DNA of 64,000 nucleotides from Eledone cirrhosa (GCA_964016885.1 OZ024743.1:112220001-112284000); one strand, 5' to 3'. Counted from the stretch's first letter, positions 28,697 to 44,166 are shown. Notes: a model not told the origin generated them from the letters alone. Program-made: numbers and translations.

Positions 28697-29061
28697 TAAT
28701 AATAATTAAAAAATAATAATGCAACATAAAGGAAACAACTAGAACAACAAACAAACAGAAGTGTGCATTTAGATAGAGTGAAAGAGGGCAGATGAACAAG
28801 AGACAGATGGAGCGGTGATGTAGTAGAAACAACTACACAACAACAACGTGGAGCAGATCTCGCTAATTTAACGACACAACAAAAAATTGGAGATTAATAA
28901 TAAAGCGAAGTCAAGCCAAGCAGCTGGTGTGTGAAATGATTGAATAGATGACTGCAATGGTAATATGTATTGTTATAGGAACGGGGGGGGGCTGCAAACG
29001 AGGTCGAAGATGAGGAGGAAGGGAAGTGGCATTTGCTGCTAGTTATGAAGGTCCTGGACAC

Positions 29062-29104
<43 letters not shown>

Positions 29105-29330
29105 GGTGGTGGTGGTGGTGGTGTTGGTGGTGGTGGTGGTGATGGTGGTCGAGGTAGTAGTGGTAGTAGTTGTATTAGTAGTAGTAGTAGTAGTAGTAGT
29201 TGTGGTGGTGGTGGTGGTGATGGTGGTCGAGGTAGTAGTAGTAGTAGTGGTAGTAGTATTAGTAGTGTTGGTGGTGGTGGTAGTGGTGATGGTGGTGGTA
29301 ATAGTAGTAGTGGTGGTGGTGGTGGTGGTG

Positions 29331-29429
<99 letters not shown>

Positions 29430-29510
29430 TTGGTGGTGGTGTTGGTGGTGGTCATTGTCGTCGAGGTCGTGGTAGTAATAGTACTAGTAGTAGTACTAGT
29501 AGTAGTACTA

Positions 29511-29565
<55 letters not shown>
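29062..29565. repeat. Mixed (TAG)n/(TGG)n triplet tract
   Basis: Read directly. Confidence 0.95.
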
Positions 29566-29566
<1 letters not shown>

Positions 29567-29655
29567 TAAAACAGTAATGGGTTATGTGAGTGTCAGTATA
29601 TGTATAGTCTGTATAGTGTGTATAGTGTGTGTGTGTGTGTGCGTGTGTGTGTATG

Positions 29656-29686
<31 letters not shown>

Positions 29687-29980
29687 ATTGGAAGGTTGAC
29701 AGATGACAAAAGATGTGCATGTCTGTTATTACTATTGTAAAGAGTTAATTATAAGTATCATTCATTGTAAGTCCTGACCATCACCCAGATGACAGGGCCA
29801 TTGGAAGCTTCAGTGCATATATCGATGTACATTTGTGTATATATGGATGTATAAATATATATGTATGTATATGTGTTATAAAAATATATGTATATACAAG
29901 AATGTATATATAGGCGTGTGTGTATGTGTGTGTGTGTATGCATACAGATATACATTCTTATATGAAAACACACATATATA

Positions 29981-30060
29981 AAAGGTGTCCACAAGTAATG
30001 TATACACACACGTCAACAGCATTCTAATAAATGTCTGTATACATTTTTAGGTACACCCTG
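29981..30060. mobile_element. 80-bp Tc1/mariner-like MITE
   Basis: Imperfect TIRs aggtgtccacaagtaatgtataca / tgtatacatttttaggtacaccctg in a TA context; a similar solo end lies at 6175-6202. Confidence 0.45.
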
Positions 30061-30111
<51 letters not shown>

Positions 30112-31029
30112 GTGTGTGTGTGTTTTGTATAATATACACATATACACGCATGTATATATATATACATATACGTGTGTGTGTGTGTGCTTGTGTATGTAGC
30201 TATGTATGAAGGTGAAAGTCTGTATGTGTACATATGTGCGAATGATTTCATGTGTTGTGACGTGGTAATCTACTATCCTTGCGACAATCATAGCGACAAA
30301 AGCCACGACAAACGTAAAAAAAGCAATACACTTTCCGTGGAAGCTATATCGATGTCGGCTATGATGATGATGTCGAAGACGTCATCATCATTGATGAGGA
30401 TGAGGGTGATGATGACATCGACAGTGAGGACGATAATAATAATAACAATAATAATGATACTGAAGAGGTGGACGATGATGATATGATGATGGTCATGACT
30501 ACAACGATAACGATGAGAAACATAATTCTGGTAATGATGATGGCACTGTGGTGATAGTGTTTTATTTTCTTGCAGTTTTTTTTTATTATTATTTTATGAT
30601 AGTGATGTTGTTATTAAATCGCGCAAGATTTCATCCACCAAATAATCATGTCGGATAAAGAAGCTGTCCGGAAGAGCTACAATAAGTTGAGCTGCGCACA
30701 GATAAGCATCATTAATACACGAAATGTATTCATGCGCAAGCTGTGTTGCATCTAATCACCACGTTTGCTATGGCGAAAGAAGAGCGAATTAGCAATAGAA
30801 TGAATGCGTTACTGAGAAAGAGATATGTTAGAATTACAAAGAGGGGTGATGACAGAGAAAAATATAGGGATAGTGAGAGAGACTTGTGTTGAGAAAGGAA
30901 AAAACTGTATGACGAAGAGAGGAATAGTACTAAGCGATGATGAAGACTTAGGTAGATAGAGAGAATAGGTGTTATAAATTTATAAAAACTGGATACAAAT
31001 ATATAGATATATATACGTGTTTGTATATA

Positions 31030-31120
31030 GAAAAATGTTTAACACCAACGGCAGAGCTCAGGCTGTATTGAATACTCTTGTGCGGTATGGTCCATCTGGT
31101 TCCTTACCACACCTGCTTCG

Positions 31121-31123
<3 letters not shown>
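31030..31123 (+). mobile_element. Family X short element with inverted 5' piece
   Basis: ccaacggcagagctcagg matches the inverted arm of 34456; 3' end ggtccatctggttccttaccacacctgcttcgtt then (AT)n. Confidence 0.65.
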
Positions 31124-31195
<72 letters not shown>

Positions 31196-31319
31196 GCTCT
31201 GACGTCACTCTACATATGTATTGAGTACTTTATTTAGTATGGTTACCCCTGTCTCATCGCGGGATCAACACACACACACCCACAAACACACACACGCACA
31301 CACACATATATATATATAA

Positions 31320-31444
<125 letters not shown>

Positions 31445-31578
31445 TAGAAGGGATATTTAATTTGTTGGAAATCCAACAAATCTAAATGTTTATAACTGAT
31501 TCAGAGCACTCGACAGATTTCTGGAGTAAATATTCAATGGTATTAAATAAATGGAAACTATATTTATAAAACCATATT

Positions 31579-31641
31579 TATTCTATTATATATATTTCAA
31601 GGGTACCAAAAAACTTTGGTACGCTTTCATCAGATAAAAAA
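31579..31641 (-). ncRNA. Type I hammerhead ribozyme (3' pLTR copy)
   Basis: ttttat-CUGAUGA-aagcgtaccaaa...tttggtaccctt-GAAA-U-AUAU-A-UA-atagaa. Confidence 0.75.
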
Positions 31642-32016
31642 CAAAGGGTGTTTTATAAATTTTGACATAGCCAAGGAAAATCATACCTTATCAGTTGAAT
31701 ATTCCCTGGGTAGTGAGAATATAGAACGGATTTTTCAAACTTATGGATGAATATGCAAATGAATATGTAAATAATTGAAAAACCGTTATTTTAAACTCTA
31801 TGGAGTGTTTAGATATATAATAATAAGAGAGAAAGAAGAAGGAAAAAAGAAAAGGAAAGATAATGGAAGGCCACATATAACGTTAATTTGCTATTTAATA
31901 TTCGAACATTTATCTATGTACATATTTATATGGAGAATTATTTTTGTAAGTATTTATCTCATTATATTGTAGTGGGTTAAATATATATATCTATATATAT
32001 TTTAATAGCATATGTA

Positions 32017-32053
<37 letters not shown>

Positions 32054-33873
32054 AAGGATAATTTACAATTAATAGTTGTTTATAATATGAGTTACGAGGG
32101 AAAATGATTTTGTGTTATAGTTCATGTTTTAGGTAGTTGTTCTAATATGAAATACGAGGGAAGTTGATTTTGTATTTTATGTAAATAAATATGTAATTAA
32201 AATTGAGAATGTTTTAAAATTAAATTAACGGAGTTAAGTATAATATTTATATGATTGAAAAGAAAAGATAACTCCGATTTTATTTGTTAATCGTTAGTGT
32301 GAGATTACTTAATTATTAAGTCGAAAGAAATATGGATGTTTAGGATATATTTTGCTAGAATCAGTTAATGGTTATTAATCTACGTTTAAAGAATAGTTTT
32401 AAGGGTGCCATTGTACTAAAGAATTAAGAAATAAAAAAAAATTAAAAATTTAAAATTAAAAATTAAAAATTAAAAATTAAAAATTAAAAATTAAAAATTA
32501 AAAATTAAAAATTAAAAATTAAAAATTACAAAATTAAGATTAAAAATTAAAAAAATTGAAAAATTAAAAAAATTAAAAAATTAAAAAATTAAAAATTAAC
32601 ATTAAATTAGAATTATATACGTATATGTTATAAGAAAATTTTAAAAAGTGGAAGTACTACAAATATTGATATCAATATATTAAAAATAAAAATAAATTGT
32701 TAAAGCAAATAGGATTGTTTTGGAGATTAATAGGAATATTATAAGTATAATTATATGTTATATATAGTTCTGAATGTCGAATTCTGGCGATGTCTACAAG
32801 AACTGAATAATTCTGTTCATAGATTAATAGAGTTTTGACAGTTAATTATATAAAAAATTTCTTCAGTACACAATTTACAGAATAAAGCCGTGTTTCAGTA
32901 TGCAGGTGCTGCGACATTGTTTTCCAAGATATTGAATAGTCCATATTCTTGCTTTTTAAGTTCCATATAAGGTGTGAAGGGAAGTAGAAGATTTTTTATC
33001 AGATCTTTTAAAAGAGTGAACTTTAAATTCTGTAGAAGTGGCACCGACATAGTTAAATATATTTTCACTAGTTTTAACTGTGCATTTATAGACTACGTTT
33101 TTATCTAAACACTTATTTTGTAAAGGGCAGTTTCATTTGATTCTACAGTTACATTTTACGGAGTTTTTGTTGCTCTCGGAACGGTACTATTAGTTTGGAT
33201 ATTGCTAGAAATATTATTATTGCTATTATGGTTATTTTGGTTAGGGTTTAAATTTACGTTTCTATTATTAATTCTATTTATATTTTGAGCTATGTTCATA
33301 GTAGTAGAGTAGGATAGTTTTATAGTATGTCTGTTAAAGATTGAGTGGTATCATGTGGGCTTTAGGATAACATTTGTCTAGTGCTTTAAAGAATAGCTTT
33401 GCTAAAGGTGTTTTAACGCTTAATGAGAATGGGGGTGAATACCAAATAATATTTCTAGTTCTTTTGTTTGTTTTAGAGTTTAACTTAAATTGTTTATTAT
33501 TATTACAATTAATAGTAGGGTGATTTGCCTTATTATTGTTGTCAATGTATTAATTTTATTCATATACCCTGCTCTATTTAAAGCTTCATTATAATATTCA
33601 GCCTTATCATCAAAGATATTTTTATTAGCAGAGATGCGTGAGATTCGTTGTTGGACACTATTGACAATAGTCTTCTTAATAGATCTAGGATGATTAGAGA
33701 TAAAACTTACGGAATTTAGATTCTCATTAATTTTATGGAATGGATAATAGAACCCTGTGCTAAGTTTAATGTTACGTATAAAAAGTTAACGATTTTATAG
33801 TTATTCTCTATTTCTAACTTAACGTTATAATTATTGAAGAATTGTATTTATAAAATTTATAAAACACTCTTTG

Positions 33874-33936
33874 TATTTTATCTGATGAATGCGTACCAAA
33901 GTTTTTTGGTACCCTTGAAATATATATAATAGAATA
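33874..33936 (+). ncRNA. Type I hammerhead ribozyme (inverted pLTR copy)
   Basis: Stem I tattttat/atagaata; CUGAUGA at 33882; GAAA at 33917; palindromic loop AUAU; AUA site. Confidence 0.75.
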
Positions 33937-33983
33937 AATATGGTTTTATAATAGAGTTTCTATTTATTTAATATCATTGTATG

Positions 33984-34030
<47 letters not shown>

Positions 34031-34034
<4 letters not shown>

Positions 34035-34110
34035 AGAGACAGGAGCCCGACAGCTAGATCGGAACTGCGTTATGTTCCACCTGGTATCTTACCATACGTT
34101 CTTTGTTATA
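34031..34110 (+). mobile_element. Family X short element (diverged)
   Basis: gcgttatgttccacctggtatcttaccatacgttctttgtt between (TA)n tracts, with an inverted 5' piece. Confidence 0.55.
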
Positions 34111-34118
34111 TATATATA

Positions 34119-34176
<58 letters not shown>

Positions 34177-34420
34177 TAAAAATAGAGGTATGACACACGA
34201 GTTGTGATATATTAGTAAAAAGGGAAAAGAAAATGGTGACAAATGTTTCCCAGTGAAAAATAGTTTAATTAGGAATAAGTATAAATTAGTAATAAGTATT
34301 GGTTAGTATTCAGTTTTAGTTTTAAGTTTTTACCGGTTGCGCATTTCTTATGCTTTTCAAAAATAATTTTGATATAGAGCGCGCGTGATCGTTGCTATAG
34401 TACCTTTTTACTTATATATA

Positions 34421-34455
<35 letters not shown>

Positions 34456-34458
<3 letters not shown>

Positions 34459-34640
34459 CGAGTAGGACCGCGACGGCTGAGCTCAAGCCGTTTCGACGGC
34501 TAATTCTGGACTAGCCGTCGAAAAGGCTTGAGCTCAGCCGTTGGGGTCCTACTCGTTCCTATTACCCACTCTACTACCCTAGTATTGAGTACTTTGGTGC
34601 GTTATGGTCCACCTGGTTCCTTACCACATTTCCTTCGTTA
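34456..34640 (+). mobile_element. Family X element with 103-bp fold-back
   Basis: 34456-34502 pairs with 34512-34558, followed by an 80-nt tail ending ttccttcgtt. Confidence 0.8.
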
Positions 34641-35252
34641 TGTATATATATATTTTTTTTTTTTTTTTTTTTCCTCGAGTGCTTAAATTATTTGTGACTA
34701 ATCCCGGTTTTTTCTTTATAAAAAACTGCGATAATATTGCTTTTTGCTGAACCCCTTATTGTAGAGTTTTTTCGGAATGTTTTGACTGCTGTTTCTTGTA
34801 GACAGACATTCGTCTCGTTCTGACGTCACTAGCCATGTATTTCCTCATGGGCGTTTTTCATAAACACGCATGATGTTGAACTAGCCAGCTTTAAAATTCC
34901 CTTTTTGGCATATTAATCTGTGAGATTCCTGGTTATCGAGTTGAGCTCTGCTGATGATGAATTCCAACCGTGACCATCTCCACTGAAAGTTTTCATGAAA
35001 TAGTTTTTAAGACTATACAGAGTATTTGAAGTTTTTCCAAATTGACGGATAAGTATTGAGTTAAGGCTTTATTGATTTTTCCCTGGATTCCACTAAATTC
35101 TGTGGATGAATTTATATCCAGATTCTTTTGAGATGAGTTTGAATTATTTTTCCCACATCTTACGTTAACTATTTTTCCCATTTTGACGCTATAGTCACTT
35201 ATATATTATGGAATGCTGTTCGCTTTTCGCTGCAGTGTTTTCTATACCTTTC

Positions 35253-35298
<46 letters not shown>

Positions 35299-35504
35299 AT
35301 ATATGCATATACGCACACACATATATATATATATACATATTTATATCAACTAGAAATAGATTGAGACATGTATATATATAAAATAAACACATGAAACAAT
35401 CTCAGGGAATAATTTATAAAGTGTGTAAGCACACATAGCTATATATATTTATATATATTTATATGTATATATGTATATATACATATATACATATATATAT
35501 ATAC

Positions 35505-35554
<50 letters not shown>

Positions 35555-35616
35555 TTATATATATATATATGTATATATGTATATATGTATATATAATTAT
35601 ATATAAATATGTATAG

Positions 35617-35687
<71 letters not shown>

Positions 35688-35829
35688 TATATATATATGT
35701 ATATATTTATATATATAGCTATACATATTTATATATATTTATATATACATATATACATATATATATATATATGTACATATACACGCATACACATATATAA
35801 ACACACATATACAGACACATATCAAATTT

Positions 35830-36830
35830 GATGCTCTTCTCTTCGACTATGCTCCACCATGCACATTCAAGGGAGATGGTCATAACTACGCTTTTCTTGG
35901 CCTCATGGATCATTTGGCTCAGGACGCCGTGTGTTCCCGATATCCAGAAAAACCCAGAGTCCCACCCTTCTGGATAAAGGTGCTGGTGTACCCATTCTCA
36001 GTCATATATGAGATCATTCATTTGGCCAGTTCTGAGAAGATCTCGCCTTCCATGCATGAGATGAGATTATATTAAATTGGCTGATGACAGAAAGTTTTGT
36101 CTTTTGGCACAAAATAGATCTCGTCCATCTTGTAATAAAATAAAATTGTTCCTGTTCTCCAGATCAACCGGAGACGCCCCAACAATCTCTGAATGAGCAA
36201 TGGGCATGTCTTATATGCATTGTAAGGTATACAGTTTGGGTCACGGACAGATCCTGTTCTGGCTCTTTTTAATACTTCATTGAATTCCCACTGGATGATT
36301 CGCTTCCCTTTAGGTCTTTCAGCTCCACTGATGAGTTGGATGGTGCACAGCGATTGTTTCCTGAATAAGTCATTGCAGATCACTCTCTCAAACTCCTCAA
36401 CGTCTTCTCTGGAACTGTTCAACCCCTGTCAGATTTCGCTTCCTCTAATAACGATCAAGTGAATCGAAAGCCGAATTTAATAAACTGAGCCCTTTTCATT
36501 TCCATCTCTGTCCTCTGCTTCTGAGTTATTTCTGTTCTTCGGAATCAGTAGAGATGCCTGTTCGGTCACTGTTAGGGGCTATCTAGTGTTGCTTATTGAG
36601 AGCTTTGACTTCTTCCCTCAGGCGTAGCATATCTGTTTCCTTCTATTCTAAATGGTATTCTTCTGTTCCAAAGCGCTCCCTTGCTAGATTATATGGTATT
36701 ACTGTGAGGGCATTTACTTTCCACTCAGTCGCCCCTGCTAGTCATGGTCATGGTCTTGGTCTACTTCATGTCATTGATTGGTTCCACTCATTTGGACCAT
36801 TTGATGCGTTCTCTACATTGTGGCCTCAAG
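35830..36830 (-). mobile_element. HERO-like non-LTR retrotransposon fragment
   Basis: RIKW, LARERFG, EVLKRARTGS..PNCIPYNAYKTCPLL...LIWRTG...FVPK, IQKGGTLGFSGYREHT, MIHEAKK. Confidence 0.65.
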
Positions 36831-37099
36831 TATGTTGCTCTGGGGTATTTGAGGAGACACATGTACTCAAAGATCTCCAGGTCTGCGGGGCAACATCGGC
36901 AGAGGTTTGCCATACCTGCAGCAGCATCAACAACAACAGCAACAGCAAGAATGCTAACTATAACAGCTATTACACCAACAGCTGCAACAACAACAACAAC
37001 AGCACCAACAACAGCAACAGAAGCCACACCACAGCCATCAACAACACAACCAACATCTATGGAAGACATAGCCCTCGTCGACGGGACACAATTTTACAT

Positions 37100-39770
37100 G
37101 GATTGTATCTAGGGAAAAAAGTGGCAAGCCTTTAGCCACAAGGAAAAAGTAAAAACTCCGTCTTTTCCCTGAAATAGAACAAAATAAAAAAAAGATAAAG
37201 CAATAAGGCAAATAAAGCCAACACACACACAAACAACATAATTACAAACTCAAGCATGAAAACAACAAACGCCAGCCAAACAAAACACGCTCTACACATT
37301 ACAGACATAAATGCAAAAAAAAAACGAGAACTGATGCACCACTTAGATCACAAAGAGAGCAATTGCAGAGACTGATTACATCACCCCTCAAAAGATTACA
37401 GTGGGGATTTCCGAGCAACTTTATAAAAAGTGATATACTCCCACATCACTGTGAAGTTGCCTTCAACTGGTCGGGGTAAATAGATCATCATTCCTCCCTT
37501 CACATGAACAGATTAAGTGAACATTTCTTACTTTTCCTACTCATTATCCAATAAGACCTTTCTCAGAATAGACAGTATTAATGCACCTGGTCTGGGGATA
37601 TCTTTGGAGCAGAGCCACCTACCTAACAATCTCAGGTTACTGCACATAGATGTTGTGGCAATCAGCGAGACCAGAATTTCTGAGGCACGAATCTGCATAC
37701 CCATTCTCGCTAGTTAAGAGGTGTATACATCTCCAAGCCGCCCGGAATCTGGAGGCGGAGTCGCTGTGTTATTTAGGTAAGGCTTATATATTACAATACA
37801 GACCATCTTGATGCAGAAGGTAAGTTGGTGAGGCAGGACGTGACCTGCAGAGAATGATATGCTTTCTGGCTCATGCTTATCTGTACCCCGACAAGGGCAG
37901 GGCGGCCTGAGTTCTTCGAGAGCCTCGAAACGTCGCGCACTTTGTTAGTCGTTTGGGAGTGTGTGTGTGGAGGGGGGGGTATCAGCCATTTCCTATTGTC
38001 CGACAGGACCGACTAGATTTCCTGAATGTGCGAATGTGGACATGAACAAACCCATCGGGTCATCGAGATCATATCTAGGTTGGGTATTTTGCTGTCAAGT
38101 AAATAAGGCAAGCATACGATGTCCACAGTTCAATGTAGGTGACTATACAGACCACATATTTGTCATCTGTATACTCGACTTAGATAGACTTCATAGACAG
38201 GAACCCGGTTACTAGAATGTGAACGCGTCCTTTACTTCGCGCAAAGCCTGATTAGTGAATCAGTTTAGTGGGTGTTAATGGGAGTAATGAACAACAAATG
38301 ATGATTTGCCCTGGAAATGTCGATTAGAGTAGAAGCGGTGACGTTTAGTAAAGGAGTAGCGATAGCGAAATCAAGACTTGAATGTGAACACGTTAGAAAG
38401 CTATAGAAGAATTTTATTAAAGGCAAATCACTGATTTGCTTGCGGAGAGATTGGTTAGTGATCAAAGACTACGTTGTCAGAGCTATGATGCGTCCTTTTA
38501 ATCACGGAGGAATGAAAGCCGTTTGATGGCCTCATGTTGTAGAATCGAGGTCTGGCAACCTGATCTTCGTGAACCATGACGGACGCATGTTACTCGATCC
38601 TAAGTGGATGTATACAACTTTTTAATATCCCTTCACTCAATTCTTCGGGAGCGGTAGTAGTCCTTGTCGCTAGATGGACATTACTGCTTTCCTCAACGGG
38701 CTGCTGCTGCTCTCAAGTACGGGAGAAAGGCCGATAATGGTCGCTGAGATACGGGAGCCGATGACTGGATTCACGAGGGGAAAATCGCCTGGTTTGTATG
38801 GGCCGCCTACGAGCGTTTACATGCCAGATTTGTTTGGTGACCTCTTGGTAGAGGTCTGCTGCAACTGGAAGCAGAACGGAAGTATACCGAGTGCTTTGAG
38901 GAATGTAAGAGTGGCACTGCTGAGAAAGGACTCGAACTAGGGAAACTATGTTAACAATTTTAGGCCTAAAATTCTGTTAAAGGCAAAATTTGAATTATGA
39001 CCAATGTGTTAGCGATGAGATTGGTGATTATCGTCGATGGTCTGGTGGGGGAGGCGCACACAATCGGCATCCTAAAGAGATCCATTTCTAGACAAATTGC
39101 AGGCGTTGTGGGGCATCCCGGGCGAACTAGGTACTGGGAGATCTGTGTCACTATATGTCGGTGATCTCACCGTAGTGGTGTCGAACTCCAAACGCATTGA
39201 AATGATCAGCACCACACTCATAGAGTACGAAGCGATAACAGGAACAAAAATTAAACGGGAAAAGTCAGCGAGGCTGCAACTCGGCACATGGAGAGGCAGT
39301 TCCAGGCCATCTAGCAGCATCATCAGGCGCTGTACAAACGGGCCTGTTAAATTGCTAGGGCTTGGTTTGGTTTGGACAAAGACTGGTACAAGGTAACGAG
39401 CAGGCTAGCTTATCTTACCCGGAAGTGGGCTGAGAGGAATCTATTCCCGAAAGTTTGGGCAGAGGTGGCGAACACATATTACGTCCATCATCTACTACTG
39501 CTTGACAATCTTACCTAGTACTGGTCTATGTCTGACTGCACTTGCTACTCATTAGCCTTTTGTGAAAGGGACAGGTTCCACTGGTCAAACAGTCCATTTG
39601 CGGTGAACCCCCCACAGTGTGGAGCACTGGGCTTGCCGTGGCTGATGATGCGCAAACACGCGCTGAGGCTACGACATCCCAAACTCTTCCTTCGTGGTGA
39701 ATAGATTTGGTCATCATTCACTCGAAATGTTTTCCCCCAGTTCGTCTGATGAGTCCATCTTGAAAATTGC
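37100..39770 (+). mobile_element. Old decayed L1/Tx1-like LINE
   Basis: DVVAISETR, GKSPGLYG, EYEAITGTKIKREKS..LQLGTWRG, LGLPWLMMRKHALRLR; colinear with the younger copies; many stops. Confidence 0.8.
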
Positions 39771-40276
39771 ACTTTAGTGGGAAAGGATAGTCAGTTTTTA
39801 TCTGGCTAGCAGCCATTACGAAATACGTCGTTTGGTGGACAGGTCTGAAAAGTTTGAAGACAAGCACTTTCTTCTTTGGCGAAGCCCTGGATAATTTTTT
39901 TCAGATTTTATTTGAAGAGGAAAATCAAGGTGGAGAGGGATGTGCATGCTGGGTATGACCCTAGTGAATGGATCTGCTCTGAGTATGCGCCTATATACCG
40001 TCGGTCATCGGAGGGAAAACTGGGAGAGAGCATTTCATTTACCTTAGCAGTCAGAGTGACCGTGGATTTTTTGTGGGCTTTCTTCATGTGTAAACCTCGG
40101 ACCTCCCTGCTATTGAGGAATTTACTTTGTTTTGAATTGCTACATGTTTTCAATTTTTTTTTTTTGTTAAACTTTTTCACACGCCTAAACTGTACCGTCC
40201 TGTGACGTCATACACCGTCTTTGATGTTTCTTAATATGAGGCCAGCGTGCCTAATAAAAGAAATTATCATTTTTAT

Positions 40277-40668
40277 TGTAGAGCGTCGGACAGCATGCTT
40301 AGCAGCATATAGTTATGGCCCTTTACGTTCTCACTTCAAATCGCGCCAAGGTTTACTTTACCTTTCGTCCTTACGGAGTTGATAAAATAAAGCACCAGTT
40401 AAGCGCTGCGGTCGATTTAATCGACTTTCCCCTCCCCCGTAAATTGCTGGCCTTATCCCTATACTAGAAATCATTATTATTACTTTTGGCGGCACAGGTA
40501 GAGCGCCAGACACCTGATTTGCAGCTTGGAGTTCTGTCCCTTTACGTTTTGAGTTCAAATCCCATTATGGTTACCTTTCGCTTTCATCCTTATGGGGGTC
40601 GATAAAATAAAGCACCAGTAATACACTGGCGGTTATTGCAGGCCTTGTACCTAAAATAGAATCAATTA
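40277..40668 (+). mobile_element. Two tandem SINE family A copies
   Basis: Shared body at 40277-40478 and 40490-40668. Confidence 0.8.
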
Positions 40669-42565
40669 TAATTACATTGCTTTATTTTTAAGGAAAAGAA
40701 CAGAATGTGAAAAAAAAGCTTTAAACGGGGGCCTCTGACATGTCGTAAATCTCCATGTTGAGTAGTATAGACAAGGAATTTTAAATATACCATTCTTCCT
40801 TTCTGTCGTTCTTTTCTACCTTTTATTTTCTTTCTTAGTTGCTTCCTTGTACTAAATTACAAGGCACTGGTGATATGTGAGAAGGAAACAGAAGACAAAA
40901 ATCATCAATCAATAAATCTCAAGTAATTATTCTTCATTACTGATGCTTTTAATTCGGTGCTGGTTCTTGAGTTTGTAGGAGGAGCAATGTCCGATTGGAT
41001 TAGTCGTTCGCTTTGTGAATGAGTGAGTTCATAACACGAAATAATTGGCACATGAGCTCGTGACTTTTTCTATTGTGTTATACACAAGATGTTGTATTCT
41101 GTCCGTATCTAAGGCAAATATATTTCACTCCACCCACTACCGTTTTATTTCCAACTGATGAATATAACTAAATCTTTCTTCTTTCTTCTTAAATTTACTT
41201 TATACCGTTCAAAGTGTCCTTGGCAGATTGAACTGTTAGCGTTCGTTGCCATTTCGGAATCATTTCGATAATAATATACTAGAGTGATTTCCCTTTGCTT
41301 ACTCTAAGTTCTATAGAAAGAAGTTATTGATTAGTGCACTGCAAGTTAATGAAACACTCATCAATAATACTAAATTAACGCTCTCTATCTACCGATCAAA
41401 AGCTGAGTACCAAGAAACGACTAGCGGTCAGTGTGGCTAAATAATTTACAATGTAGTTCTAAAAGTTTCTACAGTAATCTAACGTTTCTGGACTAGCTTT
41501 ATGTGTGGGTGATATTATTTTTCCGGATAAGAAAGAGAAAAATAGATTTATTTTATTTCCTTGCGGCATACGAATTAATCCAATTTCCTGAAGTATCTAG
41601 CTTTATGAACTAGTTAGGTTACCACTACGGCAAAAGATGGCAACTAATTCAGGTTTGGTCCGTCTTAAATGTAATAAACTATAAACTGTAGTTCAAAGTA
41701 ACTAAATAAATATGCACCGCAGTTTCAGATCTTACTCAAAGTATCATATATGAAAAGCTAAAACAACGTTGAGGCTGTCATACAATACTGAAATTATGCA
41801 AGCACTATAAAATACGAATAGAAATGGGGTGATATAAATATACAGCACTTGAAAGTGACAAAGTGTGATAAAGCGACGACTGTAAACTGGGTCGAAGAAA
41901 ACATATATACTAGGATAAATCAATTCACGTAGTACGAAGGAGGAAAGTTTATCAATTAGATATTGTTGACAATAGAAGCATTTAGTCCTAACAGAACTAC
42001 TAGAGGGGGACGAACTGTGATAAAACAATTATATCCTGGAATATAACATCCACATTGTTTGAAGGAGGAATGTTAATCAATAACATATTTTTGACAACAA
42101 ATGAAAAGTAAGTCAGTCTAAACAGAGAGATTTATTCTTAACAGAACTCTACTTTTATTAGATGTTAATGCTAACAGAAAGTGTTAATCCTACAGAAGGC
42201 TTTAGTTCTAAATTAAGGTTTGCATATACCACTAAATGAAATAAAGACAACCAGAGTGCTGGGACTGGACATAAATAATCTCTATAGTAATAGGTGTACA
42301 CACGTATTTCTTCTAATAATAGGTACAATATTTCTGATAATATGTGTAAACAAATAATGTCTATAATATCTACAAACAAATGATAATACAATAGAATTCT
42401 CTTCAAGATAGTCTAGACATTGCACCTACCCCATATTTACATATCTGCACATTGTTGTGAAATTAGTGCACGATGTAAAATTGAATACTGAAAACATTAT
42501 TATTAATAATTTGAAATGTGTGCGTCCCAATGTAAATGACCATAATGTTAATTGACCGATATAAA

Positions 42566-42749
42566 TAATTGTTTCTACTTTTGGCACAAGGCCAGCAATT
42601 ATCAGTGTATTACTCGTACTTTATTTTATCGACCCCATAAGGACGAAAAGCAAAATTAACCTCGGCCGGATTTGAACTCAGATCATAAAGGGATGTAACT
42701 CTATGCTTCAAAGCATGGTGTCCGACTCTCTACCGATACTGCCAATCCA
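42566..42749 (-). mobile_element. SINE family A
   Basis: Reverse complement of the full consensus. Confidence 0.88.
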
Positions 42750-43204
42750 ATAGTGAAAATTGGAAAACGTCACACAGGAGACGGTAAAAAGTGGACAGTA
42801 ATATTTTACCAGATTTTCTCAAAAGTTACCACTTTGACCATTAATTGCTGATTATAATATCGACTGGGGAAGAATGAAAGACAAATTCGACACCGGTGGT
42901 TTTTGAACTCGAGACGTAAACATATTTAATAGAATAAGAGAAGGATATCTGCCCTATGATTTAGCGTTTGTGCCAATCAAAACATTTATTGAAATTATTG
43001 TCGCCCTCACACACTCACACACACATACACATACAAGTGCGTATGTATAGTATATTTGTATAGGAATTTATGAAAATGTATATACAGGGGCGGTGGAACT
43101 GGGGGTAACATGCCCCCCCCCCATAATTATATTTTTCTCACCAAGCTACCAAAACTCACATCTATTTCTATATGCGCTATAATGTATGTACTTGTTATGT
43201 AAAG

Positions 43205-43600
43205 ATAGATAGTAATATAGAGAGGAGGAGAGTTTGGTGGTAATTAATATAAAAAGAAAAGTTGGGAGAATGTGTTGTATATTAGATATAGAGAGGGGAG
43301 AGATTGATGATTATTGAAATAGAGAGGTGTATGGGAGAGAGTTATGTATAGTAGATATAGAGAGGGGGAGAGTTTGGGGTTAATTGATATACAGAGGGGG
43401 ATTCGAAGAGAGTTCCGTGAAGTAGATATAAAGAGGAAGAGAATTTGGTGTTAATTGATATAAAGGGGAGATTAGGAGAGATCGTTGTATGGTTGATATA
43501 GAGAGGGGAAGAGTTTCGTATTGATGAAGAGGGTGAGACGATTGATAGATATAGAGAGAGGGGGAGTTTGGTAGTGATGGACAGAGTGAGAGGGAGTGAG
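43205..43600. repeat. Degenerate purine-rich minisatellite (gatatagagagggggagagtttgg-like)
   Basis: About 11 diverged units of roughly 32-35 bp. Confidence 0.65.
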
Positions 43601-43678
43601 AGAAAGTGTTATATGGTAGATACAACAATAACCGTTTTTCCAACCTCCTATCCATCTCTCTCCGAAATTTGCTCTTTT

Positions 43679-43710
43679 CTGATGAAGGACTTATGTCCGA
43701 AACGATGGTG
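43679..43710 (+). ncRNA. Hammerhead core in a pLTR-like remnant (43620-43822)
   Basis: CUGAUGA-a-ggac-ttat-gtcc-GAAA-cgatg; no convincing stem I. Confidence 0.5.
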
Positions 43711-43835
43711 CATTTATTCATTTTCTTTTTCTTTTTTTTTTCTTTCTTTTCAATCTCAAGCGTCAACCTTCAGAAGACGTTCGATTTTTTCACCTGAGTG
43801 TGTGTCTCGTTTATTATTGAGCTATATATATATAA

Positions 43836-43933
<98 letters not shown>

Positions 43934-43965
43934 CATGTACGTGTGTACGTACATGCACACACAAG

Positions 43966-44041
<76 letters not shown>

Positions 44042-44084
44042 TCTACGTATATGTGTGTGTATATATATATATATATACACACAT

Positions 44085-44166
<82 letters not shown>

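Noticed and set aside
29033-29699. Gly/Ser-rich ORF
   Set aside because: Triplet microsatellite with no supporting gene structure.
34993-35181. 62-aa non-repetitive ORF
   Set aside because: No recognisable motif or splice context.
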